From Clostridiales bacterium (GTDB lineage Bacteria > Bacillota > Clostridia > Clostridiales > Clostridiaceae), in assembly GCA_017889345.1 (NCBI GenBank), contig JAGHEJ010000054.1:33590-65589 (forward strand): a stretch of 32,000 nt of DNA, in the 5' to 3' direction. Shown here in pieces: positions 18,570 to 28,130 of the stretch. Numbering within the stretch: position 1 is the stretch's first letter; each line of letters starts with the position of its first letter. A program made the translations under genes and the position numbers. Below the pieces are notes generated by a model. It made no database searches. It had not been told where the DNA came from and saw nothing but the letters and a program-made list of their open reading frames with translations.

Positions 18570-20411
18570 ATGTGTGGAATAACTGGATTTTCAAACTTTA
18601 AGAAAAATATTATGGGAGAATTTGAAAGGGTTGTTCTTATGAATGAGTCCTTAACTCATAGAGGACCAGATAGCTCTGGATATTATAAACATAATCATGT
18701 TTTATTTGGACATAAAAGGCTTTCTATAGTTGATCCATCAGGTGGAGTTCAGCCTATGAGCAGAGTTATAGGAGGATTTAAATATACAATTGTATATAAT
18801 GGGGAAATTTATAATACAGAAATCATTAGAAAAAATTTAATAGAAAAGGGATATGAATTTTCTAGTTATTCAGATACGGAAGTTGTTCTTATAAGTTATA
18901 TTTTTTATAAGGAAAAGTGTGTGGAATATTTAAATGGAATTTTTGCTTTTTCAATATTTGATGAGAGAAGAAATTGTGTGTTTATGGCAAGAGATCATTT
19001 AGGAGTTAAACCACTTTTTTATTCAATTAAGGATAATTATTTAATTTTCTCTTCTGAAATAAAAGCTATGCTTAAACACCCTCTTATAAGTAGTAAGGTT
19101 TCAAAAGAGGGAATTTTAGATCTTTTAAGTCTTGGTCCTAGTAGAAGTCCTGGAGAAGGAATTTTTAAAGATATAAAAGAAGTACCCCCTGCTCATTATT
19201 TATGGTTCTTTGAGGATAAAGTTATTCTTAAAGAATATTGGAAGCTTCATGCAAGAGAACATAGATTAAATGAAAAGGAAACAAGTGAAGAATTAATTTT
19301 TATGATAGAAAATGTTATAAAAAATCAAATGGTTTCTGATAGAGGAATATTTTCTTTTTTGTCTGGGGGAATTGATTCCTCTTTAATATCTTCAATTTTA
19401 TCTCATGAGCTAAAAAAAGAAGGTAAAGTTTTAAATACATTTACCGTTGATTATGTTGATTATGATAAGGACTTTAAGGGAAATGAATTTGAAATAAATA
19501 AGGATAAAGATTTTGTAGAGCTTGTAAATAAAGAAATTAAATCAAATAATAGAATTATTACAATAAAAAATGAGGATTTATACTATGCTTTAAAAGAGGG
19601 ACTTTTGTCTAGTGATATTCCTTCTATGGCTGATATTGATACTTCTTTATATTTGTTTTGTAAGGGAGTTAAGGAGTTTGGAGTTGTTGGACTTTCTGGA
19701 GAGTGTGCTGATGAAATTTTTGGGGGATATCCTTGGTATTTAAATACAAAGTTTGATGATTTCTATGCTTTTCCTTGGAGTAGGTTTTCTGAGAATAGAA
19801 AGAAGCTTTTTAATGATAAAATAAGAGAGCTTGATTTTAATTCTTATATTAAAAATAGAATTGATGAAACCTTAAAAGATTTTAGCTATTTAGAGAGTGA
19901 TTCTGAGTTTGATATTATGACAAGAAAAATGACTCTTTTAAATATTAAATGGTTTATGGTTACTCTTTTAAATAGAAAAGATAGAATGAGTATGGCAAAT
20001 AGTTTAGAGGTTCGTGTTCCTTTTGCAGATAAAGATTTAGTTGAGTATGCTTATAATATTCCATCTAATATAAAATTTTTAAATGGGAGAGAAAAGGGAA
20101 TTTTAAGAGAGGCTTCTAGAAAGTATTTACCAAGTTTTATTGTAGATAGAAAGAAAAGTCCTTATCCTAAAACTCAAAGCACAATATATAGAGATTTAGT
20201 TTGTAATTCTCTTAGAGATATATTAAAAGATAAATCTAATCCTATTTTTGAAATCGTAGATGAGAAAAATGTTTTAAAGCTTGTAGAAAGTAAGGGAGAG
20301 TCTTACACAAAACCTTGGTTTGGTCAATTAATGAGAGGGCCACAACTTATAGCATATTTGATTCAATTAAATATGTGGATGAAAATATATAATGTAGATT
20401 TAGATATTTAA
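18570..20411 (+). CDS. asnB: Glutamine-hydrolysing asparagine synthase family amidotransferase (AsnB/AsnO-like)
   Basis: Ntn nucleophile MCGI at the N-terminus and the PP-loop SGGIDSS. Length is 613 aa. AAAGGAG SD. It has its own flanking terminators. Confidence 0.88.
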   Translation: MCGITGFSNFKKNIMGEFERVVLMNESLTHRGPDSSGYYKHNHVLFGHKRLSIVDPSGGVQPMSRVIGGFKYTIVYNGEIYNTEIIRKNLIEKGYEFSSYSDTEVVLISYIFYKEKCVEYLNGIFAFSIFDERRNCVFMARDHLGVKPLFYSIKDNYLIFSSEIKAMLKHPLISSKVSKEGILDLLSLGPSRSPGEGIFKDIKEVPPAHYLWFFEDKVILKEYWKLHAREHRLNEKETSEELIFMIENVIKNQMVSDRGIFSFLSGGIDSSLISSILSHELKKEGKVLNTFTVDYVDYDKDFKGNEFEINKDKDFVELVNKEIKSNNRIITIKNEDLYYALKEGLLSSDIPSMADIDTSLYLFCKGVKEFGVVGLSGECADEIFGGYPWYLNTKFDDFYAFPWSRFSENRKKLFNDKIRELDFNSYIKNRIDETLKDFSYLESDSEFDIMTRKMTLLNIKWFMVTLLNRKDRMSMANSLEVRVPFADKDLVEYAYNIPSNIKFLNGREKGILREASRKYLPSFIVDRKKSPYPKTQSTIYRDLVCNSLRDILKDKSNPIFEIVDEKNVLKLVESKGESYTKPWFGQLMRGPQLIAYLIQLNMWMKIYNVDLDI

Positions 20412-20418
20412 ATTAATA

Positions 20419-20457
20419 ATCCTAAATGGTGGTTCATTTAGGATTTTATGTTTTTTT
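20419..20457 (+). terminator. Rho-independent terminator
   Basis: 10-bp stem ATCCTAAATG/CATTTAGGAT (20419-20428 / 20435-20444), 6-nt loop, then TTTATGTTTTTTT. Confidence 0.85.
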
Positions 20458-20464
20458 GTGTTTA

Positions 20465-20473
20465 TGTTAGAAT
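20465..20473 (+). promoter_or_regulatory. Candidate extended -10 promoter (TGtTAGAAT) for dnaE-pfkA-pyk
   Basis: TGTTAGAAT lies at 20465-20473, 40 nt upstream of the dnaE ATG and just after the asnB terminator. It shares the TATGTTAnAAT motif with the ftsE upstream region. Confidence 0.4.
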
Positions 20474-20512
20474 CAAAATATATTTATTATAAGAAATTAG
20501 GATAGGATTTTT

Positions 20513-23500
20513 ATGAATGATTTTGTTCATTTACATGTTCATACAGAATTTAGTCTTTTAGATTCTTCATGTAAAATAAGAAATTTAGTTGAGAGAGCAA
20601 AAGAACTTAATATGAAAGCCCTTGCCATAACAGATCATGGGGTTATGTATGGATGTCTTGAGTTTTACAAAATTTGTAAAGAATATAATATTAAACCTAT
20701 TATTGGGTGTGAAATATATGTAGCTAATAAATCTATGAATATAAAAAATGTAGATAAAAATAATTTTAATACTCATTTAGTTTTGCTTGTTAAAAATGAA
20801 GTTGGGTATAAAAATCTTTTGAAAATTGTAAGCACTTCATTTATTGATGGATTTTATTATAAACCTCGAGTTGATATTAATTTTTTAAGAGAGCATTCAG
20901 AGGGTCTTATTGCTCTTAGTGCTTGTTTAAGTGGAGGGATTTCAAAATATATTTTAAGAGATGATTTAGAAGGGGCAAAGAATCTTCTTTTGACTTATAA
21001 AGATATTTTTAGAGAGGATTTTTATTTAGAACTTCAAAATCATGGTCTTGAAAGACAAAAAAAGGTAAATAAAGTCTTAATAGAATTTTCTCGAGATTAT
21101 AATGTTAAACTTGTTGTAACAAATGATGTTCATTATATAAAAAAAGAAGACTCAGAGGCACATGATATTCTTATTTGTATACAAACAGCTTCAACTATTT
21201 ATGATGAAGGAAGAATGAAGTATGAAGGAGAAGAATTTTATTTGAAGTCTCCTTTAGAAATGTATGAGCTTTTTTTTGATCAAAAAGAAGCTCTTTATAA
21301 CACGGTTGAGATTTCTGAAAAATGTAATTTTGAGTATAGTTTGGGGAAAAATATCCCACCAAAATATATTATGGATTTTTCTTTAACTCCCTTTGAATAC
21401 TTAAAAAGGCTTTGTTATAAGGGGCTTATTAAAAAATATAAAGAATTTTCGGTAGAATTTAATGAGTTTAAAGATATTGATGTTTTAGATGATATTTCAT
21501 TTGAAAAATTATATGGTTCTACTTTAAATAACAAAACCAAAGAAAGAGTTGAGTTATTAAAAAGGCTTAATTATGAACTTGATCTTATAAATTCTATGGG
21601 ATTTGTTGATTATTTTTTAATTGTTTGGGATTTTATTAAATTTTCAAGTGAAAATTCTATTCCAACAGGTCCTGGAAGAGGAAGTGTTGCAGGGTCAATT
21701 GTGGCTTACACCTTAAACATAACAAAAATAGATCCCATAAAATATGGATTAATTTTTGAGAGATTTTTAAATCCAGAGAGAATATCAATGCCTGATATTG
21801 ATTCTGATTTCTGTTATGAAAGAAGAGAAGAGGTTATTGAGTATGTTAAAAATAAATATGGAAAAAATAACGTTTCTCATATTATAACCTTTGGAACAAT
21901 GGCAGCTAAAGCTTGTATTCGTGATGTTGGACGTGCTCTTGATTATTCTTATGCTGAAGTTGATAAAATAGCTAAAATGGTTCCTAACATGTTAAACATA
22001 ACAATTGATTTAGCTCTTTTATATAACAAAGAATTAAATGATCTTTATAAAGAAGATGATAGAGTTAAAAAACTTATTGATATATCTAAAAAACTTGAAG
22101 GACTTCCAAGACATACATCAATTCACGCTGCAGGAGTTATCATAAGTCCAATAAATTTAACTGATATTATACCTATGCAAAAAAATGAGAACATATTAGT
22201 AACTCAATTTCCAATGGCAAATCTTGAGGAAATTGGACTTTTAAAAATGGATTTTTTAGGATTAAGAACACTTACTGTTATAAATAATTGTGTTGAAATG
22301 ATAAAACTAAATAGAAATATTGATATTGATTTAGATTCTCTTAAGTTTGATGATGAAAATGTATTTAAAATGCTTGGAGATGGAAAAACTTGTGGGGTGT
22401 TTCAACTTGAATCTTCTGGTATGACTAGTTTTATGAAAGAACTTAAACCAAGTTGTTTTGAGGATATTATAGCGGGAATTAGTTTATATAGGCCAGGACC
22501 TATGGATGAGATTCCAAATTACATAAAAAATAAAAATGATCCAAGAGATATAAAATATTTAACAAAAGAGCTTGAAAATATTTTAGATGTAACATATGGT
22601 GTTATTGTTTATCAAGAACAAGTAATGGAGATTGTTCAAAAATTATCAGGATATTCTTTAGCTAGAAGTGATTTAGTTAGAAGAGTTATGGCAAAAAAGA
22701 AACATGAACAAATGGAACTTGAGAGGAAAAACTTTGTTTATGGAGTATTTTTAAATGGGGAAGAAGAAATAAAAGGGTGTATAAAAAATGGTATAAAAGA
22801 GGAAGTTGCTCACAAAATTTTTGACCAAATGGTACACTTTGCTTCTTATGCTTTTAATAAAAGTCATGCAGCGGCTTATGCTGTTATTGCTTATCAAACA
22901 GCTTATTTAATAAGGTATTTTAAAAGTGAGTATATATGTTCTTTGTTAAATAGCGTTATAAATAATACAGATAAGGTGTGCGAGTATATAAAGTTTTCTG
23001 AGACTCTTGATATAAAAATTCTCCCTCCAAATGTAAATAGAAGTTATAAGAAATTTATAGTAAATGGGGAAGATATTTTCTTTGGGCTATCTGCTATTAA
23101 AAATTTGGGGGAAAATGCTTGTGAAAAAATTGTCTATCATAGGCAAAAGTATGGTGAATTTAAAGATGAATACGAATTTTTTAAAGTATGTGTTCAAAAC
23201 TCAATAAATAAAAAGTCTATTGAATGTATTATAAAGTCAGGAGCGTTGGATTCATTTAAGATTTCAAGAAGATCTCTTTTAATGAATTTTGAAAAAATCG
23301 TAGATGGAATTTCTTCAGAATTAAAGAGAAATATAGATGGGCAAATGAGTTTATTTAATGAAATAGATGGTGGGGAAAAAATTATTCGAGTACAAAATGT
23401 TTTAGAAGATGATATTTATAAAAATTTGTTATTTGAAAAAGAAGTTTTAGGATTATATATATCAGGGCATCCTACTTATAAGTACGAGGAGATTTTTAAT

Positions 23501-24049
23501 AAGTCCTGTACAAGTGATATTTCTTATTATATGAATGAAAGTCATTTGAAAGATGATGAGAACGTTATATTAGGTGGAGTTATAAGAGATTATAAAAAAA
23601 TAGTCACGAGAAATAATTCCATTATGAGTATTTTAGACTTAGAGGATAAATATTTTTCAATTAGATGCGTAGTGTTTCCGAGAATATATGAAAAATTTAG
23701 TTATTTAATAAATAGTGATAATATTGTTATAATAAAAGGTGTATTAAAAGTTGATGATGATGAAGTAAAAGTTTTAGTAAATGATATAGTTGATATTTCA
23801 GATGAAAATAGATTTAGGTTATATATATTGATAGATAAAAGTGAGGATTTAAATGAGTGGGTAGAAAAATTTAAATCTTTATCTTTAAATTATAGGGGAA
23901 ATACTAGTGTAGTTTTCTATTTATCGAAAGAGAGGAAAAGTTTAAAACTAAATGATGAGTATAACGTTAATTTAAATAATGAATTAATTTGCGAATTAAA
24001 TAAATTATTTTCCAGTGATTTTGTGAAAATAGGTATTATTAATAAATGA
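20513..24049 (+). CDS. dnaE: DNA polymerase III alpha subunit, DnaE type
   Basis: PHP domain HLHVHTEFSLLDS, GPGRGSVAGS, catalytic PDIDSDF, FNKSHAAAYA, and a C-terminal OB region. Length is 1178 aa. Confidence 0.96.
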   Translation: MNDFVHLHVHTEFSLLDSSCKIRNLVERAKELNMKALAITDHGVMYGCLEFYKICKEYNIKPIIGCEIYVANKSMNIKNVDKNNFNTHLVLLVKNEVGYKNLLKIVSTSFIDGFYYKPRVDINFLREHSEGLIALSACLSGGISKYILRDDLEGAKNLLLTYKDIFREDFYLELQNHGLERQKKVNKVLIEFSRDYNVKLVVTNDVHYIKKEDSEAHDILICIQTASTIYDEGRMKYEGEEFYLKSPLEMYELFFDQKEALYNTVEISEKCNFEYSLGKNIPPKYIMDFSLTPFEYLKRLCYKGLIKKYKEFSVEFNEFKDIDVLDDISFEKLYGSTLNNKTKERVELLKRLNYELDLINSMGFVDYFLIVWDFIKFSSENSIPTGPGRGSVAGSIVAYTLNITKIDPIKYGLIFERFLNPERISMPDIDSDFCYERREEVIEYVKNKYGKNNVSHIITFGTMAAKACIRDVGRALDYSYAEVDKIAKMVPNMLNITIDLALLYNKELNDLYKEDDRVKKLIDISKKLEGLPRHTSIHAAGVIISPINLTDIIPMQKNENILVTQFPMANLEEIGLLKMDFLGLRTLTVINNCVEMIKLNRNIDIDLDSLKFDDENVFKMLGDGKTCGVFQLESSGMTSFMKELKPSCFEDIIAGISLYRPGPMDEIPNYIKNKNDPRDIKYLTKELENILDVTYGVIVYQEQVMEIVQKLSGYSLARSDLVRRVMAKKKHEQMELERKNFVYGVFLNGEEEIKGCIKNGIKEEVAHKIFDQMVHFASYAFNKSHAAAYAVIAYQTAYLIRYFKSEYICSLLNSVINNTDKVCEYIKFSETLDIKILPPNVNRSYKKFIVNGEDIFFGLSAIKNLGENACEKIVYHRQKYGEFKDEYEFFKVCVQNSINKKSIECIIKSGALDSFKISRRSLLMNFEKIVDGISSELKRNIDGQMSLFNEIDGGEKIIRVQNVLEDDIYKNLLFEKEVLGLYISGHPTYKYEEIFNKSCTSDISYYMNESHLKDDENVILGGVIRDYKKIVTRNNSIMSILDLEDKYFSIRCVVFPRIYEKFSYLINSDNIVIIKGVLKVDDDEVKVLVNDIVDISDENRFRLYILIDKSEDLNEWVEKFKSLSLNYRGNTSVVFYLSKERKSLKLNDEYNVNLNNELICELNKLFSSDFVKIGIINK

Positions 24050-24069
24050 TGAATATGGAGGATATTATT

Positions 24070-25029
24070 ATGAAAAAAATAGCAGTTCTTACAAGTGGAG
24101 GAGATGCTCCTGGAATGAATGCAGCTGTTAGATCAGTTGTTAGATATGCATTAAGTCAAGATGTAGAGGTTTTAGGAATACATAGAGGATACCATGGACT
24201 TTTACATGGAGAGATAGAGGTTTTAAATAGACGTTCTGTTTCAGACATAATAGATAGAGGAGGAACTTTTCTTAAAACCGCAAGATGTCTTGAGTTTAAA
24301 CAAGAGGAAGTTAGACGTCAAGCTTATGAAATTTTAAAAGAGAAAGGCGTTAGTGGTCTTGTAGTTGTTGGAGGAGATGGATCATTTACTGGTGCTCATT
24401 TATTATCAAAGTTTGGTATTTCAACAGTTGGAATTCCAGGAACAATAGATAATGATCTTCCTTATACAGATTACACAATAGGGTTTGATACTGCATTAAA
24501 CACTATTTTAGATTCAGTAAGAAAACTAAGAGATACATCAAGTTCTCATGAGAGAGTTAGTATAGTTGAGGTTATGGGAAGAAATTGTGGGGACTTAGCT
24601 TTATATTCAGCTTTAGCAGGAGGAGCAGAAGCTGTTATAGTTCCAGAGTATCCATTTAATAGAGAAGAGTTATGTGAGAGAATTTTAGATGGTAAGAAAA
24701 ATAACAAACTTCATAGCTTAATAATTTTGGCAGAAGGAGCAGGAAGTGCAGAGGAGCTTACAAAATATATTCAAGAAAAAATAGGACTTGATACAAGAGC
24801 AACAGTACTTGGTCACATTCAGCGTGGAGGAATTCCAACAGCAAGAGATAGAGTTATGGCAAGTCTTATGGGAAAAAGAGCAGTAGATATTTTATTAAAT
24901 AATGAGGCTTGTGCAAAGGTTGTTGGAATTAAAGATAACTTAGTGTTTGATATGGATATTGAAGAAGCTTTAAAAATTGAGAAGAAGTTTGATAAAGATC
25001 TATATGATCTTGTTAATAAATTAGTTTAA
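24070..25029 (+). CDS. pfkA: ATP-dependent 6-phosphofructokinase
   Basis: MKKIAVLTSGGDAPGMNAA, GGDGS, PGTIDND, MGR and GHIQRGG. The start was moved to the ATG at 24070 (GGAGGA SD 7 nt upstream) from 24046. Confidence 0.96.
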   Translation: MKKIAVLTSGGDAPGMNAAVRSVVRYALSQDVEVLGIHRGYHGLLHGEIEVLNRRSVSDIIDRGGTFLKTARCLEFKQEEVRRQAYEILKEKGVSGLVVVGGDGSFTGAHLLSKFGISTVGIPGTIDNDLPYTDYTIGFDTALNTILDSVRKLRDTSSSHERVSIVEVMGRNCGDLALYSALAGGAEAVIVPEYPFNREELCERILDGKKNNKLHSLIILAEGAGSAEELTKYIQEKIGLDTRATVLGHIQRGGIPTARDRVMASLMGKRAVDILLNNEACAKVVGIKDNLVFDMDIEEALKIEKKFDKDLYDLVNKLV

Positions 25030-25050
25030 TAAATATATGGGGTGTTTGTT

Positions 25051-26472
25051 ATGAGAAAGACAAAAATTGTTTGTACTATAGGTCCATCTAGTGAAAAGTA
25101 TGAGGTATTAGAAAATCTCGTACAAAAAGGTATGAATGTTATGAGACTTAATTTTTCTCATGGAGATTTTGAGGAGCATGGAGGAAGGATTGATAATTTA
25201 AGAGATATATGTAAAAAACATGGTAAATACGTAGGAATTATGCTCGATACCAAAGGTCCTGAAATTAGAACAAAGAAGTTTTCTGAGAAGGTTACTTTAA
25301 TTCAGGGAAATGAATTTACACTTTATACAAAAGAAGAGGTTTTAGGAGATAATAAGAAGTGTTCTATTACTTATGAAAATCTTTGTGAAGATGTGGAAAT
25401 TGGAAGTAAAATTCTTATTGATGATGGACTTATTGAGCTTGAGGTTATAAATCTTGAAAGTGGAAAAATTCATTGTAAGGTTTTAAATAGTGGAGAGGTT
25501 TCAAGTAACAAAGGGATTAACATTCCAAATGGACATATTAAATTACCAGCATTAACTGATAAGGATAAGAATGATTTATTGTTTGGTATTAAAAAAGATG
25601 TAGAGTATGTTGCAGCTTCATTTATAAGAAAAGCAGAGGATGTTATTCAAATTAGAAATTTCCTTAATGAAAATGGAGGAGATTTCATTAAAATTATATC
25701 TAAAATAGAAAATCAACAAGGGCTTGATAATTTAGATGAAATAATTGAGGTATCAGATGGAATAATGGTTGCTCGTGGGGATTTAGGAGTTGAGATTCCT
25801 CTTGAAAATCTTCCATATTGGCAAAAGACCATTATCAAAAAGTGTAATGAAAAAGGAAAAATAGTTATAACAGCAACTCAAATGCTTGATTCTATGATAA
25901 GAAATCCAAGACCAACAAGAGCAGAGGCTTCAGATGTTGCAAATGCAATTCATGATGGAACAGATGCGGTAATGTTAAGTGGAGAAACAGCAAATGGAAA
26001 ATATCCAATTGAGGCTTATGAAACAATGGATAAAATAGCAAGAACAACTGAAGAGAGCTTAGATTATGAAGGAAAACTTCAAAGAAGACTTTCAAAAATT
26101 GAGTATAAAGATGTACCGACAACGATTTCTTTATTTGCATGTACAACTGCAAATGAGGTTGGAGCAAAAGTAATACTTGCATGTACAAAGTCAGGAGCAA
26201 CTGCTCAATTTATATCAAGATTTAGACCAGAGTGTCCTATTGTTTCTATAACTCAAAGAGAAAAAGTTGCAAGAAGTTTGTCTATTTATTGGGGAGTTTA
26301 TTCTGAAACAATAGAAGAGACAATTGATAATACAGATGTTTTAATAGACTTATCTGTAGATAGAGCAAAGAAAGATTATAATTTATTAAAGGGAGATTTA
26401 GTTGTGGTATCAGCTAGTGTTCCTGCAAATTTTAAAGGTCATACAAATATGCTCAAAGTACACGAAGTGTAA
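25051..26472 (+). CDS. pyk: Pyruvate kinase
   Basis: MRKTKIVCTIGP, NFSHG, DTKGPEIR, MVARGDLGVEIP and TATQMLDSM. The start was moved to the ATG at 25051. There is no C-terminal PEP-utiliser-type extra domain. Confidence 0.96.
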   Translation: MRKTKIVCTIGPSSEKYEVLENLVQKGMNVMRLNFSHGDFEEHGGRIDNLRDICKKHGKYVGIMLDTKGPEIRTKKFSEKVTLIQGNEFTLYTKEEVLGDNKKCSITYENLCEDVEIGSKILIDDGLIELEVINLESGKIHCKVLNSGEVSSNKGINIPNGHIKLPALTDKDKNDLLFGIKKDVEYVAASFIRKAEDVIQIRNFLNENGGDFIKIISKIENQQGLDNLDEIIEVSDGIMVARGDLGVEIPLENLPYWQKTIIKKCNEKGKIVITATQMLDSMIRNPRPTRAEASDVANAIHDGTDAVMLSGETANGKYPIEAYETMDKIARTTEESLDYEGKLQRRLSKIEYKDVPTTISLFACTTANEVGAKVILACTKSGATAQFISRFRPECPIVSITQREKVARSLSIYWGVYSETIEETIDNTDVLIDLSVDRAKKDYNLLKGDLVVVSASVPANFKGHTNMLKVHEV

Positions 26473-26517
26473 AAATTAATGTAAAATTAACAAAACCATA
26501 ATATAAAATTAACAAAA
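26470..26517. repeat. Phased AT-rich direct repeats in the pyk 3' untranslated region
   Basis: The exact 14-nt repeat TAAAATTAACAAAA occurs at 26482-26495 and 26504-26517 (22-nt period). A related TAAAAATTAA lies at 26470-26479. Function unknown. Confidence 0.5.
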
Positions 26518-26592
26518 GAGGTTTACTGTAGGTATATTATTATAGAGAGATTTCAAAAATTTAATATATATTTTATTTAGGCAACTGATTTA

Positions 26593-26631
26593 AAAAAGCA
26601 TTAGCGTCTATTTTAGATGCTAATGCTTTTT
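26593..26631 (+). terminator. Rho-independent terminator (pyk operon end), ending 3-4 nt before the rlmD SD
   Basis: Stem GCATTAGC(GTCTA)/(TAGAT)GCTAATGC (about 13 bp, 3-nt loop), flanked by an A-run at 26593-26597 and a TTTTT tract at 26627-26631. Confidence 0.85.
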
Positions 26632-26655
26632 AGCTAAGGAGGAAAATTAGTTTTA

Positions 26656-28026
26656 ATGGTAGAAGTCGGAAGCAAGCACATAGTAAAAGTTGAAGGATAT
26701 AACCATGAAGGAAAAGGTATTTCTCATATTAATGATTTTGTTGTGTTTATACCTGAAGTTATAGTTGGAGAAATTGTTGAAATTGAGATTACGAAGGTGA
26801 ATAAAAACTACGGATATGGAGAGGTTTTAGAAATATTATCTGTATCTGATTTAAGGGTTATTCCAGTGTGTGAAATATATAAAAAATGTGGTGGATGTGA
26901 TCTTCAACACATGGATTATAAAGAGCAAATTAATTTTAAGGAAAATAAAATAAAAGATGCTTTAATTAGAATAGGTGGAGTTAAAGATTTTAAAATAGAT
27001 AAATTTTATAGAATGTCTATACCTTATGAATATAGAAATAAAGTTCAAGTTCCTTTTGGATGTGATGAAGAATTTGTCGTTAGTGGATTTTATGAAAGCA
27101 AAACTCATAAAATTATCGATATGAATTATTGTCATATACAGTTTAAAGAGGGAAATGAAATAATAAATAAAACAAAAGAGTATATTAAGAAAGCAAATGT
27201 TCTTCCTTATGATGAGGTTATTCATTATAAGGAGGGAAAAGATTATGGACTTTTTAGGCATTTATTAATACGAAAAGGGTACAATACAAATGAAATTATG
27301 ATTGTTGTTGTATTAACTTTTGATGATGGGAAATTTTTAGATGGGTATGTAAAGTTTTTACTTGAAAATTTCAAAAATATTAAAACCATAATTTTAAATG
27401 TAAATAATAAAGTTACTAATGTAATTTTAGGGGACTATGAGAGGGTTTTATATGGAGATGGATATATAAGAGATAAAATAAATGATTTTGTATTTAGAAT
27501 ACAAAGCAGATCATTTTTTCAAGTAAATACAAAGCAAGCAGAAAAATTATATTCAGCTGCAATTGATATGGGTGAACTTAAATATGGAGATACTCTTTTA
27601 GATGCTTATTGTGGAATTGGAACTATTGGAATATGTGCAAGTAGAAGGGTAAAAAGTGTATATGGAATAGAGGAAGTTTCTCAAAGTATTGTTGATGCAA
27701 ATAATAATAAAACTATAAATAATATTAAAAATATTGAGTTTATTCATGGAAAAGTTGAGGATACAATAGATGATTTAATAGATAGTGGAGTTAATATAAC
27801 AGTTGCCATTTTAGATCCTCCAAGAAAAGGAGTTAAAGAAAGTGTATTAAAAAAGTTAAGAGAAATAAGATGTAAAAAAATTGTTTATGTATCTTGCGAT
27901 GTAGCCACTCTTGGAAGGGATACAAAAATTTTAACATCCCTTGGATATAAGGTATTGAAAGTTCGTGGAGTTGATATGTTTTGTCAAACTCATCATGTTG
28001 AAACCATAGTTTATTTTAAATTGTAA
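26656..28026 (+). CDS. rlmD: 23S rRNA (uracil-C5)-methyltransferase, RumA/RlmD family
   Basis: N-terminal TRAM domain, the Fe-S Cys cluster CEIYKKCGGCDLQH, the SAM motif LLDAYCGIGTIG, DPPRKG, and the catalytic Cys in VYVSCD. Confidence 0.9.
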   Translation: MVEVGSKHIVKVEGYNHEGKGISHINDFVVFIPEVIVGEIVEIEITKVNKNYGYGEVLEILSVSDLRVIPVCEIYKKCGGCDLQHMDYKEQINFKENKIKDALIRIGGVKDFKIDKFYRMSIPYEYRNKVQVPFGCDEEFVVSGFYESKTHKIIDMNYCHIQFKEGNEIINKTKEYIKKANVLPYDEVIHYKEGKDYGLFRHLLIRKGYNTNEIMIVVVLTFDDGKFLDGYVKFLLENFKNIKTIILNVNNKVTNVILGDYERVLYGDGYIRDKINDFVFRIQSRSFFQVNTKQAEKLYSAAIDMGELKYGDTLLDAYCGIGTIGICASRRVKSVYGIEEVSQSIVDANNNKTINNIKNIEFIHGKVEDTIDDLIDSGVNITVAILDPPRKGVKESVLKKLREIRCKKIVYVSCDVATLGRDTKILTSLGYKVLKVRGVDMFCQTHHVETIVYFKL

Positions 28027-28059
28027 AGGCTTAGAGGAATCTAAGTCTTTTATTATTTT
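28027..28059 (+). terminator. Rho-independent terminator
   Basis: 9-bp stem AGGCTTAGA/TCTAAGTCT (one G-U pair), GGAA loop, then TTTATTATTTT, immediately after the rlmD stop. Confidence 0.8.
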
Positions 28060-28100
28060 ATAAAAATTAATATAATTTTAATATAATATTAAAAAATATA

Positions 28101-28130
28101 TATTTGTAATACAAAAATTTCTATTTGTAA
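28101..28130. repeat. Direct repeat TATTTGTAA x2 (21-nt period) in the promoter region of the acidic-protein gene
   Basis: Exact 9-mers lie at 28101-28109 and 28122-28130, each followed within 1-4 nt by AAAAATTT. The second copy overlaps the candidate -35. Confidence 0.5.

Noticed and set aside
1431-20776. Eight further 61-86 aa minus-strand ORFs (1431-1628, 5592-5798, 7755-7973, 8906-9112, 10550-10810, 12284-12469, 16658-16861, 20585-20776)
   Set aside because: All are embedded antisense in well-supported plus-strand genes. They are short and lack SD sequences or motifs, so I treat them as chance ORFs.
25892-26200. 102-aa minus-strand ORF inside pyk
   Set aside because: It is antisense to conserved pyruvate kinase sequence. 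The L/H/Q-rich repetitive translation is typical of the reverse frame of K/E-rich coding DNA.
26962-27261. 99-aa minus-strand ORF inside rlmD
   Set aside because: It is antisense to the methyltransferase gene, with an I/F/N-rich translation and no ribosome-binding site.
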